Shown in pieces: positions 9,945 through 18,515 of a DNA stretch of 32,000 nt; the stretch's first letter is position 1; each line of letters opens with the position of its first letter. Made by a program: the position numbers and the translations under genes. The notes below the pieces were generated by a model, which did not search any database, was not told the origin of the DNA, and saw only the letters and a list, made by a program, of their open reading frames with translations. The DNA is from an uncultured archaeon (GTDB lineage Archaea > Asgardarchaeota > Jordiarchaeia > Jordiarchaeales > Jordiarchaeaceae), in contig CAZECW010000146.1 in the NCBI GenBank assembly GCA_964510585.1, positions 1-32,000 on the forward strand, read 5' to 3'.

Positions 9945-10986
9945 ATGGGTACCTCGGGATGGCGACGCAATTTTTACTAAAGAGGGATTCATTTTTTACA
10001 CTATCGGATACGTTCATCCAGAGGATAGGGTAATCGCGTTTATCAAGTATATTCCCAAAGAACTTCAAAGCCATTTTAAAGTGCCTTGGCTACCCTATGA
10101 GTGGCAGCTGGGCAGCACTCCACTGGTAAGGCCAAAGAAGCTCTACTCACCCCAAATATACGCTTCCGTCATCTCCTCACTTAAGGAAATCATTCCAGAT
10201 ACCGTCTACTTTAACCCTTATGTGGGAAAGGAACTGGTTACGGTGCCCAAAAAGCACATTAAAGAGGTTTATGTTCCCAGCGAACGCTTGAAATACCTTT
10301 TGGAAAAGCAAGACCACGATGAGCTTGAGAGAAAAGCAGTAGAAGTCATAGGAATGCTTTCCAAAGAGTCTGGAGTGCCAGTAGAGGATTTTGGTATTCA
10401 CGGCTCCATTTCTCTCCAGATGCATAACCAACAAAGCGACATTGACATTTGTATTTATGGAGCTGAGAACTTCAGAAAGGTTAAGAACGCATTCCACAAC
10501 CTGTGCACCAAGGGTGTAGTATCAATTCTCCAAGTGGACGAGTTTGACCCCATTAGGCGGAACAGGGGCCTGTATCAGAACACAAGGTTTGTAATTAATG
10601 CCACCCGAAGAATTGAGGAAATGAAGGAGAAATTTGGACAATACAAGTATGAGGCCATAATGCCAGTTGAAGCCATATGTCGAGTAACAAATAATGATGA
10701 ATCCATGTTTCGCCCCTCAATCTATGAGGTGGACGAATGCCAGTTAAAACAAAAAGGTAGGGTGGAAAAGCCTAGCAAAGTTGTGAGCATGATTGGGCAA
10801 TTCAGAGATTTCGCAAGTGTAGGCGAGAGGATAAAAGTTAGAGGTATGCTCGAAAAGGTGGAGAACCTAAAAACAGGTGAAACCAGTTACCGCATAGTTG
10901 TGGGATCCGGAGTAGGCGAAGAATACCTTTGGCCAATAAATAGTTTACCCAGTTCTCCACTCGAAAAGATTATCAAATCCGATTAA
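9928..10986 (+). CDS. Archaeal Pol-beta-superfamily nucleotidyltransferase (COG1665-like), paralog 1
   Basis: FGIHGS...SDIDICIYG (GS + DxD) signature and an OB-like C-terminus ([10 protein letters not shown]). Start overlaps the pstK end by 17 nt. Confidence 0.8.
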   Translation: MVKISEWVPRDGDAIFTKEGFIFYTIGYVHPEDRVIAFIKYIPKELQSHFKVPWLPYEWQLGSTPLVRPKKLYSPQIYASVISSLKEIIPDTVYFNPYVGKELVTVPKKHIKEVYVPSERLKYLLEKQDHDELERKAVEVIGMLSKESGVPVEDFGIHGSISLQMHNQQSDIDICIYGAENFRKVKNAFHNLCTKGVVSILQVDEFDPIRRNRGLYQNTRFVINATRRIEEMKEKFGQYKYEAIMPVEAICRVTNNDESMFRPSIYEVDECQLKQKGRVEKPSKVVSMIGQFRDFASVGERIKVRGMLEKVENLKTGETSYRIVVGSGVGEEYLWPINSLPSSPLEKIIKSD

Positions 10987-11035
10987 AAGGCTGAAAAAGG
11001 CGGGGCTTCAATTTTTTAAAGGGGATGGTAAAATA

Positions 11036-12109
11036 ATGGTGCTAAAAGTGAGGGACAAGGATGCTCCCGTTTCGCGGGAGGGTATCATATTCAGGGTTTA
11101 CGGGTATGATCATCCTCCCCACGCCTGTATATGTGATGTAGAGTACGCTCCAGAAACCATATATAGAGCAGTGGAGCCCAAAGCGGTGCGCACAGGTCTC
11201 CCCCTAAAGTATTATAAGTTCTATTCGGATGGAGGGCTTAGATTTGTTCAAGAAAAATATCCCCAATACCAGTTTTTCTATGAGCCACTCCAACGCCAGC
11301 TTGTAGGAATAAAAGAGGAACAAATAGTTGAGCTCCGTAAACCTGACCAGAAGCTTAAAGAAATTTTGGAGCTGGAGCCCAAGGACAATCTGATGAGGAC
11401 CCTTAGAAATGTTTTGGAATTGATTTTTAACCACTCAAAGCTTAAGCCTTCGGACTTCGGTGTTTTCGGCTCCCTCCTGCACGGCTTTTACAATTTGAAT
11501 TATAGTGACCTCGACTACGTTATCTACGGTAGCAGCAAGGTTGAAGAACTTGTAGACGTTTTAGACGACCTTTACAAAGATCGGGATGGGGTGCTAAAAA
11601 ACGAGTTTGATTTTTTTGATGAGAGGACAGAACAAAAAAATTGGCGGTTTGAGAACTATACCCTCAAGGAGTATGAATGGTACGAGAGGAGAAAGCGTAT
11701 CTACGCCCTTCACGATTCAAAGGAGCTGGGCAGGAGGGTTAAGGTTGAGTTTGAACCCGTTAGGGCCTGGAACGAAATAAGAAATGAATATCACCCAGAG
11801 ATGCGAATAACTAGAATAGGATGGATAAAGGCGAAGGCAATTATTCGAGATGACAAGGAGTCCTACTTTATGCCCGCCATTTACCCCATAGAAGTCCTAG
11901 AAATCATTGAAGGGAGGGAAGCAGACAACATTGAAAGGATAATCACTTACGTAGAAGAGTACAAAATGCAGGTTAAAAAAGATGAAAAGGTGCTGGTGGA
12001 GGGAACGCTGGAAAAAGTTGAAACACCCCAAAAAACATTCCACCAAATTACTCTAACCCACATTCCAGACAAAAGGTACTACAGGCAGGTGCTGAAAATC
12101 GCAAAATAA
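11036..12109 (+). CDS. Archaeal Pol-beta-superfamily nucleotidyltransferase (COG1665-like), paralog 2
   Basis: FGVFGSLLHG...SDLDYVIYG, C-terminal VLVEGTLEKV; same architecture as the upstream paralog. Confidence 0.8.
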   Translation: MVLKVRDKDAPVSREGIIFRVYGYDHPPHACICDVEYAPETIYRAVEPKAVRTGLPLKYYKFYSDGGLRFVQEKYPQYQFFYEPLQRQLVGIKEEQIVELRKPDQKLKEILELEPKDNLMRTLRNVLELIFNHSKLKPSDFGVFGSLLHGFYNLNYSDLDYVIYGSSKVEELVDVLDDLYKDRDGVLKNEFDFFDERTEQKNWRFENYTLKEYEWYERRKRIYALHDSKELGRRVKVEFEPVRAWNEIRNEYHPEMRITRIGWIKAKAIIRDDKESYFMPAIYPIEVLEIIEGREADNIERIITYVEEYKMQVKKDEKVLVEGTLEKVETPQKTFHQITLTHIPDKRYYRQVLKIAK

Positions 12110-12267
12110 ACAACCCTTTTTGGCAGAAAAATACAGGATGAATCACCTCTCATTTGCAGAGGGAGAATTATAATTGTTTACTTGCCCAAAATGCAGACAT
12201 ATTTTAGGATTTTTTATATATTCTAGAAGTACTTACTTGATTATGAGCTCGAAAATACCAAATTTTC

Positions 12268-13293
12268 GTGGTGGTGAAATTGGTGAAATTTTACTATGAC
12301 GAAGACGCGGATCTATCAGTATTGAAGGATAAGGTCATTGCAGTTATAGGATACGGTAATCAGGGCCGCGCTCAGGCGCTAAATATGAGAGACAACCATC
12401 TCGAGGTAATAATAGGGAACATTAAAGACTCCTATTGGGACCTGGCAAAGGCTGATGGCTTCAAAGTTTATCCCATAAGAGAAGCCGCCAGCAAAGCCGA
12501 TATAATATCTTTCCTTATTCCAGACGAGCTTATGCCCCAAGTTTACGAGAAGGAAATCCGAGGCGAATTATCCCAGGGAAAGGTTCTCAACTTTGCGTCG
12601 GGTTACAACATAGGTTTTGGCTTAATCAAACCCCCCAGTAACGTGGATGTGGTTATGCTTGCACCTAGAATGATTGGAAAATATGTGCGTGAACTATTCG
12701 TTAAGGGAGAGGGATTCCCCAGTTTTATAGCAGTGGAGAATGATGCCAGCGGGAGAGCCAAAGACATAGTTTTGGCTTTGGCAAAAGCTATAGGCTCCAC
12801 TAGGGCGGGCGTGCTTGAAGTTACTATGGCTCAGGAGGCCTACATGGACCTATTTACAGAGCAGGGCACGGGTCCAATCATCGGCAGAACTCTGATGGCT
12901 GCCTTTCAAATTCTGGTGGAAGCCGGCCTCCCTCCAGAAGCTGTACTAATAGAGTTGTACATGTCCGGTGAACTGGGACTTGTTTTCCAGACCTTTGCCG
13001 AAACGGGAATCGCGGGACAAATGGAGTTACATTCCCAAACCAGCCAGTATGGATCAATTAGTAGGAGCTTGACCCTCAAATTCGATCCCATTGTTGAACA
13101 TCTCAAGAAGGTGTTTGAAGAAATAAAAAGCGGGGCCTTCGCAGAAGAGTGGAAGAAGGAACAGGAGGCAGGATACCCCAAGTTTAAAGAGTTAAAAGAG
13201 TTATCCAAGCTTAATCCCCTAGCCCCCTACGAGAAAAAGGTTATTGAGGGATTAAGAAGGAAAAAACTGGGAAGCCCCCATAGTTCCCCCTAA
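12268..13293 (+). CDS. ilvC: Ketol-acid reductoisomerase
   Basis: IAVIGYGNQGRAQALNMRD, LIPDE, MLAPRMIG, DLFTEQ, ELHSQTSQYG. Confidence 0.92.
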   Translation: MVVKLVKFYYDEDADLSVLKDKVIAVIGYGNQGRAQALNMRDNHLEVIIGNIKDSYWDLAKADGFKVYPIREAASKADIISFLIPDELMPQVYEKEIRGELSQGKVLNFASGYNIGFGLIKPPSNVDVVMLAPRMIGKYVRELFVKGEGFPSFIAVENDASGRAKDIVLALAKAIGSTRAGVLEVTMAQEAYMDLFTEQGTGPIIGRTLMAAFQILVEAGLPPEAVLIELYMSGELGLVFQTFAETGIAGQMELHSQTSQYGSISRSLTLKFDPIVEHLKKVFEEIKSGAFAEEWKKEQEAGYPKFKELKELSKLNPLAPYEKKVIEGLRRKKLGSPHSSP

Positions 13294-13335
13294 AACCATG
13301 TAGTAGGAATTATACTTAGATGGGAGGATTGATGT

Positions 13336-14730
13336 GTGCCTGACACTATTCCAGTTCACATAGGGCTTCTGGGTCACATTGACCATGGAAAAACTCAGGT
13401 GGCAAGGGCCCTGAGTGAAGTGGTTTCTACCGCAGGACTGGACAAGCACCCCCAAGCGCAGGAGAGAGGAATCTCAATAGATTTAGGTTTCACATCCTTC
13501 CACCTAAACAGTTACTTGGTAACCCTGGTTGATGCTCCAGGTCACGCAGAACTAATAAGAAGCGTGGTGGCTGGAGCGAACATAATTGACGCTGCAATTC
13601 TTGTGGTGGCAGCTGATGAAGGCCCAAAAATACAAACCGGTGAGCACATAGTTATTCTTGAAAGTTTCGGGATCATTAGGGTGCTTGTAGCTTTAAGCAA
13701 AATGGATTTAGTTTCCCCTGAAAGACTAGAAACAGTAAAGAAACAGGTTAGAAGTATTCTTAAGGGAACCGCCTTAGAGGGGGCGCCCATAATTCCCATT
13801 TCTGCAATTACTGGCGCGGGATTGGAAGAACTCAAGAAAGCCCTTTTAAGTGTTTTATCGCCCCCAAAAAGGGAAAAGGAGGGCCCTTTTAAGATGCCCA
13901 TAGACCACGCTTTTCGCATCAAAGGCGCAGGAACAGTGATAACGGGAACCATTCACAGGGGCAAAGTTTCTACTGGTGACGAAATTGAGATTATGCCCCT
14001 TAAACAAAACGCAAAAGTAAAGTCCATTCAAATCTTCAGAGAGGAAGTAAATGAGGCCCAAGCTGGAGACCGGGTGGGCATCAACATCATAGCAGGACCT
14101 GAACCCGAAAAGATTTATCGAGGATGCTACGCTGGAATGCCGGGAACCCTAAAGGTAACCAACCAGCTGATTGGAAGAATAAAGATGAATAAATTGTTCA
14201 AATATCCTCTCCACCCAGGTGTACGGGTGCACCTCACCGTGGGAATGCCCACAGTCACCGCCACTATGATTCCCTTCAAAACACTTGATGGGAAAAAAAT
14301 CCTTATAGAAGAAGTGGGAAACGAAGATACTTACGACGCCTTTTTCAGACTCGGCGAAAGCGTGGTTGCAGAAGAGGGAACACCCCTACTTATTTCCCGC
14401 CTAGATCTGCCTCCAACAACCCTAAGAATTGCGGGCAGCGGAAAAGTGACCCATCCAACAATTGAACAAACAGAATTCTTTATTGAAAAAATAAAAACGG
14501 GCCGAGTAAAAATCCCTGTTCACTCGAAGGGTAGCGTGGTCGTGGGACTGGCAGAAACAAAGTATGGAGCTGAAAAACTGTTAGATGAAACTGCTACCAC
14601 GGAAAAAGGAAACCGGGGAAAAGTAGTGGACACATTTGGAGGTAAAGGCGCTGTTATAATCAAGTTTGAAAAACCAGTTTCGGAAAACGAAGAAGTTTAC
14701 ATAAGAAAGCTTAAGCCACGTAAACTATGA
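13336..14730 (+). CDS. selB: Selenocysteine-specific elongation factor (archaeal SelB)
   Basis: GHIDHGKT, DKHPQAQERGISIDLGF, DAPGHAELI, QTGEH, MPIDHAFRIKGAGTVITGT, AGDRVG, and a short archaeal-type domain IV. Confidence 0.95.
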   Translation: MPDTIPVHIGLLGHIDHGKTQVARALSEVVSTAGLDKHPQAQERGISIDLGFTSFHLNSYLVTLVDAPGHAELIRSVVAGANIIDAAILVVAADEGPKIQTGEHIVILESFGIIRVLVALSKMDLVSPERLETVKKQVRSILKGTALEGAPIIPISAITGAGLEELKKALLSVLSPPKREKEGPFKMPIDHAFRIKGAGTVITGTIHRGKVSTGDEIEIMPLKQNAKVKSIQIFREEVNEAQAGDRVGINIIAGPEPEKIYRGCYAGMPGTLKVTNQLIGRIKMNKLFKYPLHPGVRVHLTVGMPTVTATMIPFKTLDGKKILIEEVGNEDTYDAFFRLGESVVAEEGTPLLISRLDLPPTTLRIAGSGKVTHPTIEQTEFFIEKIKTGRVKIPVHSKGSVVVGLAETKYGAEKLLDETATTEKGNRGKVVDTFGGKGAVIIKFEKPVSENEEVYIRKLKPRKL

Positions 14731-14767
14731 GGGAGGCCTTAGTCTGAGGGAACTAATCGAAAAATAC

Positions 14768-16063
14768 ATGAAGGGACTTATCCCCAAAAACATGCTAGAT
14801 AGAGGCGCTATTGTTCTGGAATCCCAACTGGATTCCCTACGCATACTATTCGAACAGAGAAATATACCTGAAGAGGCGTGGAGTGACTCCCAAATAAGGC
14901 TCCTACTAACGATTCTATCCATGATGGATACAGACAAGGATCCCCAAGCAGCCAGGGTAGGGGAAAGAGAAGCTAGAGTAGCTTCGCCCCTTGTTTCCGA
15001 ACTAGCAGCTAATTTCTGCCACGGCATAGGACGCAGCGGCGAAATATACGCCCCTCAACCTAAAGCACCCGGAGCCTCAATAATGTATGCTCTAGCCAAC
15101 ATGCTGGCCTCTGATGCCATTCGAAGATTCGGAGCCCCAAACTTAAAATACGCCTTCCTGCTCCCCCTACCCACGGGAATGTCAATTGGACTCGCAATAT
15201 CCGCTATGAGACAAAAGAGGAAAGGAAAACATGTGATCCACCCCCGTGTTGATCACAGGTCGCCCCTGAAAGCCATAGAACTTATAGGGCTGGAAACTAA
15301 AATCATCGAGGGCGAGATTAAGGGCGATGCGGTAATCGTTCCCCCAGAGAGGGTGGATGAGGCGATAGACGAGGAGACGCTGGCAATTCTGTCCACAACC
15401 ACCTTTTTCCCACCCCGCGAACCCGACGATGTTAAGGAAATAGCTAAAATCGCAAAAGAACACAACATCCCCCACATAATTAATAATGCATATGGGGTTC
15501 AGAGCAGAGAAATAATGAAAAGAATAAGGTCAGCGGTAGACGCTGGAAGAGTAGACGCCGTTGTTCAGAGTACCGACAAAAACTTCCTTACACCAGTAGG
15601 TGGAGCAATAGTTGCTGCGCCTGAGAGAGAAACCATAGAACGAATCAATGAACAATATGCAGGTAGAGCCACTGCGGCACCAGTAGCACAGTTCCTAGCT
15701 GCGATACTAGCTTTGGGTATCAAAAAATACGAAAGCCTCAGAGACGAACAGGAAAAGAACAGAGAATATCTGGAGGAGAACCTCAAAAAAATCGCAGAAG
15801 AATACGGAGAGAGAGTTCTAAATGTATATAACCCCATAGCCTGCGCCATGTCACTCACTAATAGAGATCCCGCAAAAGTTGGAGGTGCACTGTATAACCT
15901 GAGAGTAACTGGACCCAGAGCATTAGGGCCCACAAGCTACGGGTCCTGCTGCAAAAAGTACCACACAGCCTACATCACAATGAATGCGGCAATTGGAACA
16001 AGAAAAGAGGACATAGAAAAAGCACTACAAAAACTGGAGGAAACCCTAAAACAAACCAGATAA
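14768..16063 (+). CDS. spcS: O-phosphoseryl-tRNA(Sec):selenocysteinyl-tRNA synthase (SepSecS)
   Basis: GLIPKNM, SMMDTDKDP, GEREAR, FCHGIGRSG, QPKAPGAS, NNAYGVQ, STDKNFLTPVGG (PLP lysine). Confidence 0.96.
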   Translation: MKGLIPKNMLDRGAIVLESQLDSLRILFEQRNIPEEAWSDSQIRLLLTILSMMDTDKDPQAARVGEREARVASPLVSELAANFCHGIGRSGEIYAPQPKAPGASIMYALANMLASDAIRRFGAPNLKYAFLLPLPTGMSIGLAISAMRQKRKGKHVIHPRVDHRSPLKAIELIGLETKIIEGEIKGDAVIVPPERVDEAIDEETLAILSTTTFFPPREPDDVKEIAKIAKEHNIPHIINNAYGVQSREIMKRIRSAVDAGRVDAVVQSTDKNFLTPVGGAIVAAPERETIERINEQYAGRATAAPVAQFLAAILALGIKKYESLRDEQEKNREYLEENLKKIAEEYGERVLNVYNPIACAMSLTNRDPAKVGGALYNLRVTGPRALGPTSYGSCCKKYHTAYITMNAAIGTRKEDIEKALQKLEETLKQTR

Positions 16064-16188
16064 TTTTCAAAATAAATAAGTATAGCTAAGAGAGATTCCT
16101 CCTCCCTCGTTTTTGCGAGTTATACTCTTCGAAAGAGTTAAATTTTTTGTTATTCATTATTATTTACTGTTTCGTGACGGGAAAGGCT

Positions 16189-16848
16189 ATGTTGTCAGCT
16201 GATGTTGACGAGTTGGTTAGGGGCTTAAGCGAAGCTTTGCGTATTGTTAAAGTGAAAGGTGAACATTTAGATCTTTTCAGGGTGGCTTATCATGCTGCTA
16301 CTTCTCTAAAATCTTACTGTGTGGATTTTTCTGATAAAAGTGGTGAGGCCCCTCATAGTTTTGAGGCGAGGCTTCTCTCCTTAGAGGATGGGGAGAAGGT
16401 GGTGAAGCGGATAAAAGTAGCAGGCGGCCTTGAAGGGATAGAGCTGAAGGTTTGGGGCTCCAACAAAGAAAAGGCAGAGAAGAAAGTAGGGGAATTGTCC
16501 CAAAGAGTTGAGGAAACTCTTTCCAGAATAGGAAAAATGTCTGGTGAAAATGTTCAAAGGTTTCATAGTGCAGTAACAATCGAAAGGAAGTTGGACATGT
16601 CGCTGAATCGTCTCTTAACGGGAGCAACCAGACAACAAGTCTACTTTGACCTGGCCGACGCCAGAGAAAGAATAATTCTGTTATTGGGACACTTTGACTC
16701 CAGCATTATCCAGATGGAAAAAATGTTGGAAGACCTCACAAAACTAGACAAAGACGCACCCATTAAAAAGGAAGTAGGCGAGAAAATGGCTTTAGAAATC
16801 CTTAAATGGAAAAGAAGAATCAGCGACTACATATCGCAACTAAAATAG
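16189..16848 (+). CDS. Hypothetical soluble protein
   Basis: Long open frame with protein-like composition and a helical C-terminal half. ATG at 16189 preferred; no recognisable motif. Confidence 0.7.
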   Translation: MLSADVDELVRGLSEALRIVKVKGEHLDLFRVAYHAATSLKSYCVDFSDKSGEAPHSFEARLLSLEDGEKVVKRIKVAGGLEGIELKVWGSNKEKAEKKVGELSQRVEETLSRIGKMSGENVQRFHSAVTIERKLDMSLNRLLTGATRQQVYFDLADARERIILLLGHFDSSIIQMEKMLEDLTKLDKDAPIKKEVGEKMALEILKWKRRISDYISQLK

Positions 16849-17120
16849 AAAAACAAAATTTCTGGACAAAATACTCTAAAGCCCCTCCCCATAGCATATC
16901 GCCTTAGTGATTTTCGCATCACTGCACTTCTGCGATAAACCCCCAGATGAAAGACATATACAGGGGAACCTCTTTCCCCAGGATGAAATCAGAAAACTAA
17001 GAAGTAACGAGTATATAAAGAAGTAGTAAACCAGCAGTGCTATCGAAAAATTGGCATTCATAAAAAGGAGTGATACTTAGATTCCCCATAGGAGAAATTT
17101 TTTGGCGGCGGACTGGGGGA

Positions 17121-17153
17121 TCTTCGCAAACATACCCTAATAAGAGTACGTGT
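17121..17153 (-). other. tRNA intron 2 (T-loop, 33 nt, strict hBHBh')
   Basis: GGGG/CCCC, TTCG/CGAA helix, ATA and GAT bulges, intron stem CGTACTCT/AGGGTATG. Splicing restores the T-loop TTCGATT. Confidence 0.92.
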
Positions 17154-17207
17154 ATCGAACCCCGAACCCTTGCCGGGTTCCACGGATTTGAAGTCCGGGG
17201 CAAGGGA

Positions 17208-17235
17208 TTGGGCGGAGCCCCTTAGATAGGCTCCT
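17208..17235 (-). other. tRNA intron 1 (D-loop, 28 nt, relaxed BHB)
   Basis: GGGT/GCCC helix flanked by GGA and AAT bulges, intron stem GGAGCC/GGCTCC. Cleavage after the 2nd bulge nt restores a UGGU D-loop. Confidence 0.85.
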
Positions 17236-17477
17236 CCACCCCTGCTTCAGTCCGCCAACAAGTTTTATTGTTAAATTACAGGTTGATTTGAGAGTTATAT
17301 TGTTTTTCACAGCATTTATTTTTGTTTCCAGCGCCCCTTTAATAGTTAAGGGAAGCAGGGCACCCATTTTTAATGTGTGTTATGTATATTTTGACCGACA
17401 TCTTATTATAGCTTGAGTTTTGGTTTTTTGGTGAGTGTTACTAAATTTTTGGAGTTAGTTTGCGGAGTGTGTATTTT

Positions 17478-18458
17478 TTGAGTCTCAGGAATTTGGCTGA
17501 GTCTATCAAAAGCTTTGAGGGTGTTACGAGGAAGAAGCCTATTATTGATGTTACCCGCCCTTTAAGTGAGACTCTTCGTTTTTCTAAAATTGGCGTGGTG
17601 AAGTCGTTTGGTGAGGACTCTGCGGTTCTGGATTTGGGTGGTGAAGATTATCTTTTAGCGGCTACTGATGGAATCTGGCATAAGCTTTTGATGGCTGCGC
17701 CAAAATTTGCTGGTTATTGTTCTGTTCTGGTTAATGTGAATGATGTGGTGGTTAAGGGTGGAGAGCCACTGGCACTATTGGATACTTTGAGCTATGAGGA
17801 TATGGATGTGGCTAAGGGCATAATGGAGGGCGTCCTGTTGGGCTGCGAGAAGTTCGGGGTTCCTGTGGTGGGTGGTCACCTTCACCCCTTCTCATCTACT
17901 TATTCGCTCTCCGTAACGGTTCTGGGACGAGTACCAAGGAATGAAGTTATTTACAGCGATACTGCAAGGCCAGGCGAGTTTATTCTAGCTGCGGTTGATC
18001 TTGAGGGTAAAGTGCATGAAAGTTTTGCTTATGCTTGGGATAGCACTTCTTGGAAGAATCCGGAGTATGTTGAAGAGAAGTTTAAGGCTATGAGGCAGAT
18101 TGCCAAGAGACACTTGGCCACCGCTGCGAAGGATATTAGTAATCCGGGATTGATAGGAACTTTGGGTATGCTTCTTGAGGCCAGTCAGGTGGGTGGGATA
18201 GTTGATGTTTCCGCCATACCTAAACCCAAGGATGTGAAGTTGGAGCAGTGGGTTAAAATGTATCCCGGATTTGGGGTTGTTATGACTTCTAAACCAGAGA
18301 GGGCTTCGGAGTGCCTCGAAATATTTCGGAGTGTAGGTGTTTCGGCGGAGATAATTGGCCGCGTTGACGCTTCGAAAAAGCTTTTAATAGCAGATGACAG
18401 TGAAGTTTGTGAAGTATTTAGTTTTGAGAGAGACCGACTGTCTGGAAAAATTTGGTAA
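17478..18458 (+). CDS. PurM/SelD/ThiL (AIR synthase-related) superfamily protein, resembling the methanogenesis-marker-2 type
   Basis: LAESIKSFEGVTRK, FGEDSAV, ATDGIW, AGYCSVLVNVND, VVGGH, AKDISNPG. TTG at 17478 (GGAG upstream) preferred over 17460. Confidence 0.8.
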   Translation: MSLRNLAESIKSFEGVTRKKPIIDVTRPLSETLRFSKIGVVKSFGEDSAVLDLGGEDYLLAATDGIWHKLLMAAPKFAGYCSVLVNVNDVVVKGGEPLALLDTLSYEDMDVAKGIMEGVLLGCEKFGVPVVGGHLHPFSSTYSLSVTVLGRVPRNEVIYSDTARPGEFILAAVDLEGKVHESFAYAWDSTSWKNPEYVEEKFKAMRQIAKRHLATAAKDISNPGLIGTLGMLLEASQVGGIVDVSAIPKPKDVKLEQWVKMYPGFGVVMTSKPERASECLEIFRSVGVSAEIIGRVDASKKLLIADDSEVCEVFSFERDRLSGKIW

Positions 18459-18515
18459 GCAAAAATAACCCGTTATCCAAATAATTTTGAATTAAAATAC
18501 TTGAAGGGATATACG

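Larger units (their letters stand above)
17103..17256 (-). tRNA. selC: tRNA-Sec (anticodon UCA) with two introns; exons 17256-17236, 17207-17154, 17120-17103
   Basis: Spliced sequence GGCGGACTG-AA-GCAGGGG-TGGT-CCCTTGC-CCCGGA-CTTCAAA-TCCGTG-GAACCC-GGCAA-GGGTTC-GGGG-TTCGATT-CCCC-CAGTCCGCC-G-CCA (93 nt). It has a 9-bp acceptor, 7-bp D-stem with 4-nt loop, TCA anticodon (17191-17189), long variable arm, 4-bp T-stem, G discriminator and encoded CCA, i.e. the archaeal 9/4 Sec fold. Confidence 0.95.

Noticed and set aside
12268-13293. ilvC embedded in the Sec cluster
   Set aside because: It is a canonical KARI with no mechanistic link to Sec; treated as a bystander.
14727-14747. selB ends in TGA (read-through would add U-G-R-P), and a 6-codon ORF (MREALV) overlaps it
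   Set aside because: No SECIS-like element is visible and TGA is an ordinary stop for other genes here (pstK, polyferredoxin); no support for recoding.
16876-17061. 61-aa Cys-containing minus-strand ORF downstream of tRNA-Sec
   Set aside because: No ribosome-binding signal or recognisable motif; the hydrophobicity can be explained by T-rich DNA.
16997-17367. ORF-track ORFs 16997-17203 (-) and 17137-17367 (-)
   Set aside because: They overlap the tRNA-Sec gene, whose structure fully explains the sequence.
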